Below, piece by piece: positions 30,106 through 39,500 of a stretch of DNA of 64,000 nt. Numbering within the stretch: the stretch's first letter is position 1; the number at the start of each line of letters is the position of its first letter. The stretch is from assembly GCA_963700985.1 (NCBI GenBank), contig OY969554.1:224001-288000 (forward strand). Reading direction: 5' to 3'. The position numbers were made by a program, and so were the translations under genes. The DNA is from an uncultured Chlamydiales bacterium. Its GTDB lineage: Bacteria > Chlamydiota > Chlamydiia > Chlamydiales > Rhabdochlamydiaceae. The notes beneath the pieces were generated by a model. That model ran no database searches and had not been told where the DNA came from. It was given only the letters and a program-made list of their open reading frames with translations.

Positions 30106-31152
30106 ATGTCGGATAATTCATGTGGTTTGTGCGGTCTTAAAGATTATATTCTCAATGCGAATGAGATCCCGCCCTATGGCTACGAAGTAAATATCGTAGA
30201 GGGAGTGGGTACTCTTTTATTGATGGGAGCACAGATATCGATCTCTCTTCTGCAGATGGAATCGTCCTCATGCCTACAAAAAGTTTGGGCAGTATTTTTA
30301 ATGATTATCACCTCGCCTTTTACATTGGCGGGTCTCGCGATTAAAGCGCTTGGTGGTTGCTTACCTCACCCTCTTGCAGAATCTGACGATGCTGAGCTCG
30401 TGCCTGAAAGTACTCCAGACTATCAGCGGCAGATGGATGAGATTTACCAAATCATGCAAGAGTTCCATGCAGTGGCTCAAGAAGTTGGCCTGCCTTACAT
30501 CATTATGGATGGCACATTGCTGGGTTTTGGAAGGCATGGCGGAATTATTCCTTGGGATGATGATGCTGACATGGGCTATTTGATCAAAGATTTAACAGAT
30601 GAAATGATCGCGACAATCACACAGCGGCTTGGTGAAAAAGGCATTCTATTCGAACGTCAACCTGAAAGCTTATGTGGATACATGCTGAAATATGCAGGTC
30701 CGCAAGCCAAAGGCACAGTTGATCTTTTTGCACTTAATGTCTCAGAGGATGGGCAAAGAGTTGTGTTTGAATCAGCATTTTTCCGTGCAAAATTCCGTAA
30801 CGACTGGTTCTCCAAAGAGGAGATCTTAACTGCCGACGGACAGCTCAAAACCGAACAGTATGATTTTGGTCCGGCAGACAAAGGACTCAAAGTTATGGGG
30901 CCACCTAAAGCCATCGTAAATACCTATCTTCAGAGATACTATGGCCCAGATTGTTTAAAGTATGGTATTTCCACTCATGGCCATTGCGTCGTTCCGCTGC
31001 CTTGCAGCGAGCGCACAATTCGCGTGCCTTTTGTACGTCTCACCGGTAAGTTGTGTCAGATTAAATCTGATTGCGCACAAGGAGCTAAATGGCAGGGGCC
31101 GTCTCTGCTGAAGTTGCGTAGGGATGCAGAAGCGCAAGCGGCTGCTTCTTAA
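30106..31152 (+). CDS. LicD/fukutin-family phosphotransferase with N-terminal membrane anchor
   Basis: GTLLGFGRHGGIIPWDDDAD signature, VDLF, YLQRYYG; two hydrophobic segments in the first ~90 aa. Confidence 0.85.
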   Translation: MSDNSCGLCGLKDYILNANEIPPYGYEVNIVEGVGTLLLMGAQISISLLQMESSSCLQKVWAVFLMIITSPFTLAGLAIKALGGCLPHPLAESDDAELVPESTPDYQRQMDEIYQIMQEFHAVAQEVGLPYIIMDGTLLGFGRHGGIIPWDDDADMGYLIKDLTDEMIATITQRLGEKGILFERQPESLCGYMLKYAGPQAKGTVDLFALNVSEDGQRVVFESAFFRAKFRNDWFSKEEILTADGQLKTEQYDFGPADKGLKVMGPPKAIVNTYLQRYYGPDCLKYGISTHGHCVVPLPCSERTIRVPFVRLTGKLCQIKSDCAQGAKWQGPSLLKLRRDAEAQAAAS

Positions 31153-33893
31153 TCCACAGTATAGAGCTTGGCTACGCGTTTGAACTCTTTGTTCAAACGC
31201 TGTTGCCAGGCTTTTTTTTCGGGTGCATTTGCACAGTGAAAAAAGAGCACGAGCTGCCTTAAAAGTTGGATTTTCTCCCAAAAAAAGGCGCGTTCGATCC
31301 AGCGTTTCTTAAAGTTGATTTTTCCCATTAAAAAAGCAGCCAATAGTGCAGATGTCGGTAGATACGAGAGATCGTCTATGGCCGAAAAATGTGCGAGGGC
31401 AGCCTTTTTCCCTTTTGTTTTGCGCAGGTAGCAGCCGTAAAGATAGAAAAGCGGTGAGCTGACTTGCGTAAGCTCTGCAGCCGAATACTTGGCAAAAATG
31501 TCCTTCGCTTTCTCCCACTTCTTTTCGAACATGAGCGCTGTCAGAGTGAGATCATCGAACGTAGAATTTTTGGCTAGCTTATCGACATAGGGCAGAAGAA
31601 GTGTCGATTTCTGTTTATCGAGGAGGTGCTCGAAAAGATAGCGCATGAGTTTCGGATCTTGATGCCTTCGCGCAAATACTGACTTTAAAGCCTTTTCTGG
31701 GTTCTGATCGATTAAAATAGCACTCTCAAATGGCGATCCAGCGGGTAGCGTCTCTTTTACCCAAGCCGTGCATCCGAGATGTAAGAGAGCAAAGAGGGCA
31801 TTATGTGAGAGTTCTGGCCGCGAGCTATTCTCAAGAATTTCAAAGAGAGTAATGGGCTTGGTTAACCAAAAAGCGAGTTGGATCGAGAGGTGTAAAAGCG
31901 GCGACTCTTCTTCCGCTGCTGCATCGATGAAGTTAAGCGGCTCGAGATATTTTTTGAGACTTTCGAGCAGTTTTTGACCGTCATGAGTATCGAAGATATG
32001 TGGCGCCTGGCGTAGTGCAAGCAGCGCAAACTGATAGCCCGAGGTGCGATTTTGGGCACTGCTCTCATGCAGGCGGAAGGTGATCTCTTCGGTTAAAATT
32101 GGTAGCAGTGGATGTCTGGGATATTTACGCAGGGCTAGCTCTAAGCATTTGATCTCATCTTCAAGCTCGTGCCAGGCTTTATAAACAAGAGATTTGCCTA
32201 AATATTCTAAAGGCGCACCAGGCGTATTTCTGAGTTTTCCAAATTCTTCAAGCGCCAGAGAAAATAGCTGCGTTTGCCGCGTCTGTTTTTTTTCGGCTAG
32301 AGCCTCTTCTAAAAGCGTAATGCCGGCACGAAAGAGCGCTTCTCTACCTTCGGCTCTTCCTGGAAAACAGTAGCTAATGCGGCGGTATTCACTTAATGCT
32401 TTGGCGTACAGGCGATTGGCTAAGAAGGCATCTGGAACAGCTAAACAGTTGACTTGAGCGCTTAAACTGCCCACGAAAACTTTTAAGCTTTCCATTTGAA
32501 AATCATCATCGCGAAAGAGCAGGCCGATATGCGTGCCGACAATCGGACGGTGGCTGAGATAATGCAGCTGCAGGCGGCCATCTAAGAAGAAGCGTACGTG
32601 GTTGTCTAATTTTTCTATACTTAGCGTATGCCATATATTTGGTTTCAAACTGAGCTCTGTGGCATGCATCACTTCTACGCCCGAGCGAAACAGTTTTGTG
32701 GCTGATTTTTGATCTGAACTAACCCAAAGAGAGTACCCATCGGTTAAGCCAGTTCGTTCAGAGTTTTCTGGAACGCACAGAAGAATGCCGATGCCTTTGC
32801 CTTCAGGGCCTAAACAGATGCGTGTCTCGATGCGCGTATTGCCCGGAAATGAGGCTTTGGAGATCATTAAGTTGACCCACTCCATGACATCGGGCTGGCG
32901 CGTGATGGCGAGGTGTTTAGCCATCAAGATATTCTCTTGAAACTCCCAGTCGCGCTTATCGCGGATATTAAGCTCAGCAGCTGGGATCCATTCTGGTCGA
33001 CCTTCGCTATAATTCTGCAGTTCATTGATTAAGTCTGAAACAGTTTGATAGCGCTGTTCTTTTTTAGGCGAAAGACACTTTTTAGCAATGGCTGCCAATT
33101 GTAAGGGTATGTCTCGATAGGGGGCAATTTCAATAGGATCTAAGATCTCTTCGCGAGACATGTGCTTGCGATATTCGGGCAATGTGGTGCGTTGAAAAGG
33201 CAGGCGCAAGGTGAGAAGTTGGTAAAGAATCACACCTAAAGCGTAGATGTCGGTGCGAAAGGAGGATTTTTCGCCTTGTGCTCTTTCTGGAGCCATGTAA
33301 GCCAATGTGCCGGGAGTTTGCCCGGGATTGGTGAGTTCAGGATGCGCATGTTCAAGAGAGGGAAGTGCTTCGTCTTTTCCGGCTAGATCTGCTAAACCCC
33401 AATCTAAAATCACCACCTCGCCATACTTTCCAATGATAATATTATCGGGCTTAAGGTCGCGATGGAGGACGCCTTTGGAGTGCACATAGGCAATCGCATG
33501 GCAAATGTCTAAAAAGATGCGTATAAGCGCGGGGACTGAGGCTCCGATAGGATGTAGAGTTTCGCCTTTTTTTTCTTGTCGACGCGTGGTGATTAAAATT
33601 TCTTTTAATGTTTCGCCTTCGACATAGGGCATGGTGTAATAAGCGCCACTCTTGTCGTCGCAGATGTTATAAATTGGAATGATGGAGGGGTGGGTGAGCT
33701 GTGCTGCGATTTTGGCTTCGCGTAAAAAACGCTCATGCATGATCTTGTGCTTCAGCATATCTGTGCGGATCTTTTTTAAGGCGATCTGCCTGCCGCAGCT
33801 TGGGTCTTTAGCTAGATAGACCTCTCCCATGCCCCCTTTGGCAAGGGTGCGGATGAGTTCGAAAGGTCCAATTTTTCCAAGTAGTTCGTCCAT
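31149..33893 (-). CDS. pknD: Eukaryote-like Ser/Thr protein kinase, PknD-like
   Basis: KGGMGEVY, ALKK, HRDLKPDN, DWG, GTLAYMAPE; 914 aa with long C-terminal region; near valS as in Chlamydia. Confidence 0.88.
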   Translation of the reverse strand: MDELLGKIGPFELIRTLAKGGMGEVYLAKDPSCGRQIALKKIRTDMLKHKIMHERFLREAKIAAQLTHPSIIPIYNICDDKSGAYYTMPYVEGETLKEILITTRRQEKKGETLHPIGASVPALIRIFLDICHAIAYVHSKGVLHRDLKPDNIIIGKYGEVVILDWGLADLAGKDEALPSLEHAHPELTNPGQTPGTLAYMAPERAQGEKSSFRTDIYALGVILYQLLTLRLPFQRTTLPEYRKHMSREEILDPIEIAPYRDIPLQLAAIAKKCLSPKKEQRYQTVSDLINELQNYSEGRPEWIPAAELNIRDKRDWEFQENILMAKHLAITRQPDVMEWVNLMISKASFPGNTRIETRICLGPEGKGIGILLCVPENSERTGLTDGYSLWVSSDQKSATKLFRSGVEVMHATELSLKPNIWHTLSIEKLDNHVRFFLDGRLQLHYLSHRPIVGTHIGLLFRDDDFQMESLKVFVGSLSAQVNCLAVPDAFLANRLYAKALSEYRRISYCFPGRAEGREALFRAGITLLEEALAEKKQTRQTQLFSLALEEFGKLRNTPGAPLEYLGKSLVYKAWHELEDEIKCLELALRKYPRHPLLPILTEEITFRLHESSAQNRTSGYQFALLALRQAPHIFDTHDGQKLLESLKKYLEPLNFIDAAAEEESPLLHLSIQLAFWLTKPITLFEILENSSRPELSHNALFALLHLGCTAWVKETLPAGSPFESAILIDQNPEKALKSVFARRHQDPKLMRYLFEHLLDKQKSTLLLPYVDKLAKNSTFDDLTLTALMFEKKWEKAKDIFAKYSAAELTQVSSPLFYLYGCYLRKTKGKKAALAHFSAIDDLSYLPTSALLAAFLMGKINFKKRWIERAFFWEKIQLLRQLVLFFHCANAPEKKAWQQRLNKEFKRVAKLYTVD

Positions 33894-33976
33894 AACGTCT
33901 ACAGAATTGCCTGAAATAGATGTAAATAAGCAAGCTGAAAGTCGAGTTATTTCCCAGAAAAGATCAAATACAGTTT

Positions 33977-34064
33977 TTCACCACAGAGACACAGAGAACA
34001 CAGAGTGAAGAAAAGAAAATCTTATTCCTTCTTCACTCTGTGTTCTCTGTGTCTCTGTGGTGAA
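33977..34064. repeat. Perfect 36-bp inverted repeat, CACAGAG family
   Basis: TTCACCACAGAGACACAGAGAACACAGAGTGAAGAA (33977-34012) and its exact reverse complement (34029-34064), 16-nt loop. Confidence 0.92.
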
Positions 34065-34092
34065 TCCCTGATTTCTTACATTTGCGGTTTTG

Positions 34093-34485
34093 TTATTTTT
34101 TCTTCTTTTTTTCCAGGCTTAAGGGGCCGGTGCCAAAGTAGGCGATTAAAAGCGCGCCACCGAGCATAGAGATGTTCTTCATGAACATGATTTGCTGCAT
34201 GCTCGCTCGCATCGGATCGCTGTATACCCAAAATTTGTGGATCATAAGCGTAATTGGCACTAGGAAGATTACGATTAACCAACCTCCCAGGCGTGATTTA
34301 TAACCAAGCAAGATGCTCAACGCACCCAGAATGCCAATAAGGCCTGAAATAGGAACTAGGATTGAGGCAAAGGGTACTCCTTGGCTTGCTGCATAGTTAA
34401 TCACAGGCTGTGTAAAGTGGTGTGGACAAGCGATGAGAAAGATCGCCGAATAGAAAATTCTTCCAAGTAGAACAACGAATTTCAT
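34093..34485 (-). CDS. DoxX-family membrane protein
   Basis: LLGRI, GVP, H.FW, FMKNISMLGG, GTGPLSLE; four TM helices; GGAG RBS. Confidence 0.9.
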   Translation of the reverse strand: MKFVVLLGRIFYSAIFLIACPHHFTQPVINYAASQGVPFASILVPISGLIGILGALSILLGYKSRLGGWLIVIFLVPITLMIHKFWVYSDPMRASMQQIMFMKNISMLGGALLIAYFGTGPLSLEKKKKK

Positions 34486-34550
34486 AATAAAACTCCAAAT
34501 TAACCTATTTTCTTCACCATGACCAGGTTAAGAATTTCTGTCAAAAGCCA

Positions 34551-34928
34551 TCAAAAGCCGTACTCTTTAGCGAACTGGTCGATGAGATCCCGGTCTGGCC
34601 ATTCGCTGGCAGTATGTGGCATAGCTTCACTAACGGTTGCTAAATTTGTGGATTTGCCGATTTCGCGCTTCAATTGACGTTCCATGGCTCGGTGGGTTCT
34701 ACCATAAATGCTGAGTGGAGGTGCATCCGTATGCCAGCGGCTTTTGCGAGTTTGTTTTCTATCTGTAACGTTGGGATACAAGTTCGGTTCTTCGAGGAGA
34801 TTAAAAACCCGTTCTTGAACGCTTTCGGACAGATCAGAGATATCGATGCTTTGTATGGTTGAATCAATCAGCGAAGCCGTTGTGCTTGAACTCATAGAGG
34901 GCGAGGTCATGGGACTAACGAGGTTCAT
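34551..34928 (-). CDS. Hypothetical protein with Ser/Thr-rich N-terminus
   Basis: GGAGGA RBS; 125 aa; fills the gap between the DoxX gene and trpS. Confidence 0.6.
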   Translation of the reverse strand: MNLVSPMTSPSMSSSTTASLIDSTIQSIDISDLSESVQERVFNLLEEPNLYPNVTDRKQTRKSRWHTDAPPLSIYGRTHRAMERQLKREIGKSTNLATVSEAMPHTASEWPDRDLIDQFAKEYGF

Positions 34929-34986
34929 GAATTTTCCTCCTCTTTAACAGCTAGAATTTACGCTTATATTGAATTGCCTGAAATAG

Positions 34987-36012
<1,026 letters not shown>

Positions 36013-36027
36013 AAGTAAAAGAAGAAT

Positions 36028-36115
36028 TTCATCAGCGCAGAGAGGAGCAGAGTCGCAGAGAACGCTGAGAAGAAAGAGAGAAATATAGATCGTCTCTCTT
36101 CTCTGTGCTGATGAA
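36028..36115. repeat. Inverted repeat with GCAGAG units between convergent genes
   Basis: TTCATCAGCGCAGAGAGGAG (36028-36047) pairs with CTCTTCTCTGTGCTGATGAA (36096-36115), 2 G-U; GCAGAG x3 plus GCTGAG in the left half. Confidence 0.75.
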
Positions 36116-36135
36116 GTTTACTCTTTCTTCAGGGG

Positions 36136-36513
36136 CTATTTTTTCTTTTGTTGTTGATCTTCTTCGATCTCTTCATTTAGGTCTTCTTCATACTCTTCTT
36201 CGGAAGCTGTTGTGCTATCGAAGTATTCACGGAAGAAGAGGTAAATAGCACCCACTACAAAGATCACAGGCAGCAGCACCCGCTCAGACCAGCTGAGCTG
36301 GGCAATTACAAAGACGCCGATAAAAACGAAGAGTGTAACCGCCATATCATAGTAGCGCGAAAGAAAAAACTGACGTAGCGCAAGGGGAATGCCAATAACT
36401 AGCATGATGCCTGGCCACCAGAGGTTGATGTAGGAAAGGATGGCAAGCCCAACTATAAATAAGGCTGTACAATAGGCTTTAGCTTTCTTTTTGGAGACGA
36501 GTAGATCCTTCAT
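36136..36513 (-). CDS. Hypothetical membrane protein with acidic tail
   Basis: Four TM helices, WWPG motif, Glu-rich C-terminus; start 36513 after GGGAGG. Confidence 0.8.
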   Translation of the reverse strand: MKDLLVSKKKAKAYCTALFIVGLAILSYINLWWPGIMLVIGIPLALRQFFLSRYYDMAVTLFVFIGVFVIAQLSWSERVLLPVIFVVGAIYLFFREYFDSTTASEEEYEEDLNEEIEEDQQQKKK

Positions 36514-36542
36514 CGAATCCTCCCTTTTTTTGCACCTTACCA

Positions 36543-39500
36543 CTAGGTGAGGCGGGAGGCAAGATATTTGCTGGTATGAGATTTTTTAACTTTTGAGACC
36601 TCTTCGGGAGTGCCAGTAGCTACGATCTGGCCACCTTTTTCTCCGGCATCGGGGCCGAGATCTACGATGTAGTCGGCATTCACCATAATATCTAAGTTAT
36701 GCTCGATGATGATGAGAGAATTGCCTTTGTCGACTAGCGCATGGAAGATAGTGAGCAACTTGAGAATGTCTTCGCTGTGCAAGCCAGTAGTGGGTTCATC
36801 GAAAAGATAGAGCGTTTTACCCGATGAGCGCTTAGCCAGTTCTCGGCTGAGTCTTAGACGCTGAGCTTCACCGCCGGAAAGCGTGGTGACTTCTTGATTG
36901 AGTTTGAGATAACCCAAGCCCACCGAGATTAAAGTGTCGAGCAGACGGTTGACTTTTACCAGAGGGATTTCCCATTTGCGCAGCTCATCGACGGTCATGC
37001 TTAAAATTTCGCCTAGATGCTTGTTTCGATAAGTGACTTGAAGGCTGACAGGGTTGAAACGGAAGCCGCCGCACGATTCGCACGGGACTTTGACCGGAGG
37101 AAGGAATTGCAGTTGGATGCTTTTGGTTCCCATGCCCCAGCAGGTTGTACACATCCCTTTGCGATGGTTAAAGCTGAAACATTTGGGGGCAAGGCCACGC
37201 GCTTTAGCAAGAGGGAGATCAGCAAAGAAAAAGCGCAAAGGCGTAAGTAGATCGCTATACGTGCTCACATCGGCGCGCGCAGTTTGCCCGAGCGGATTCT
37301 GATTGAGTACCACCAGTTTTTCGAAGTCGCCGAGACCACTAACATGTGCATGCGCTAGCTTTGTTTCATGGATGGGCTCTTTTTTTCTGAGCGCAAGCGC
37401 AGAGCTTACTGCCGGTTTTAAAAGATCGTTGATCAGGGTTGATTTACCTGAGCCTGAGACACCCGTTATACAGCAGAAAACACTAGCAGGGAGTTTTACA
37501 CTGACTTTTTTTAAGTTGTGCAGCGTAGCATTTTTGATTTCGATCCATTTTTTGGGTTTGCGCCGCTCTTTGGGAAAAGGAATGATTTTGCGTCCGCTTA
37601 AATAGGCGCCTGTAAGCGAGTGTGGATCTGCTTTAATCTCTTTGAGCGTACCTTTAGCGATAATCTTGCCACCTTCTTTTCCTGCGCCTGGACCAAAATC
37701 TAGAATTTCATCGGCAATGGCCATGGTCATCGGGTCGTGCTCAACTAGAAGAAGTGTATTTCCGAGATCGCGCAGCTGGATCAGCGCGCGATTGAGTTTT
37801 TCATTGTCATAGGGATGTAAGCCAACTGTAGGTTCATCCAGAACGTATAAACAGCCTGTAAGACCACTACCTAATTGCCGGCTGAGGCGGATGCGCTGCT
37901 CTTCCCCACCGCTTAAACTGGGTGCGGCGCGATCTAAGGAGAGATAACTTAAGCCTATAGCTTTTAAAAAATGCAGGCGCTTGCTGACTTGCTTTAAGGG
38001 CTCATCTAAAAAGCTCGTATCTTTATCGGTGAGTTTTAGCGAGGAGATGAACTCCAGCGCATGTTCTATCGGCAAGTGGCAGAGATCGGCAATCGAGAGA
38101 TTCTGGATGCGCACATTGCGCGCAAGTGGATTTAGACGGCTGCCTTTGCACGAGAAACAGGGCGCTTGATCTAATAGTGGTGCGATCTGTTCGCGCACAG
38201 CGCGTACGGCTGATTTAGCAGCCTTCGCAAAAACGGTGTTAATCCCACGCCAACGGAAGTAAGGTCCTCTTCTTCCCATAGGGACTTCTTTCTCAGAGCC
38301 GGCGAGAAGGATTTGCAACTTAGCAGGTGGGAGTTCGTCGAGACGTTTTGTGGCGTCAATCTTCTCTTCTCTTAAGAAGGTTTTAAATAACGAGAGAGCT
38401 TCGCTTGAGGCGTGTTCTTTCCACAGCAGATAGGCAAGGCCAAGTGGTGTGAGTTTAGCAAATTCTTTATAGCGCATCAGATCAGCGCCATATTGCACGC
38501 CGAGGCCCATACAATCTAAGCACATCCCTGCATCGGTATTGAACGAGAATGTATGCGGGGTGATGGGTGGATAGGATTTACCGGTGGAGACATCGGCGAA
38601 GGTGAGGTTGAAGAAGAGATCCTCTTCATCTAATGCTGCAACGATGATTCCGCCTGAAAGAGAGGCGGCTCGATCGACTGCTTCAAATAGGCGTGAGCGT
38701 ATGTTCTGATCGATTTTTAGACGATCGATGACTAAATCTAGCGTGTTTTTGCGCTGTTTATCGAAGGCGATGGTTTCGTCCAGTTCATAGTAAGTATTAT
38801 TCAATCGAATGCGCAGATAGCCAGAGGCAAGCAGACGCGCTTGCAGCGCTTCCCAGGTCTCGTTTTTACGCTGCTTAATCGGCGAGAGAACTCTAATGGG
38901 TGTACCAACTGGCAGCTGCAGCAATTTTTCAACCACATATTCTTTAGAGATCGAACGGATTTCTTCACCGGTCTCAGGGCTGTAAGGAATTCCTAAGTGT
39001 GCAAAAAGTAACCTTAAAAAGTCATAGACTTCGGTCATTGTGCCGACGGTGCTGCGCGGGTTTTTTGCATGGCTGGTTTGTTCAATGGCGATAGCAGGCG
39101 ATAAACCTTCGATGTTATCGACCTTCGGCTTAGGCATCTGATTCACGAATTGGCGCGAGAAAGTGGAGAGCGATTCGACATAGCGTCTCTGGCCTTCTGC
39201 ATAGAGTGTCTCAAAGGCGAATGAGCTTTTGCCCGAGCCAGATGGCCCTGTGCAAAGCACGATTTTATCGCGGGGAATTTTCGTGTCGACAGCCTTTAAA
39301 TTGTTTTGGCTTGCGCCTTCCACCAAAATATAGGGAAGCGCGGCGCCCATGCGTTCACGTTTCTTTTTTTGGGCAGCTTGCGGAGGGGAGAGCATCGCAT
39401 GCAACGCCCGGCCCGTAGGAGTTTTTAATTTGGCGATCTTTTCGGGTGTCCCGCAGGCGACAATTTCACCACCTTCTTTTCCCCCTTCGGGGCCGAGATC

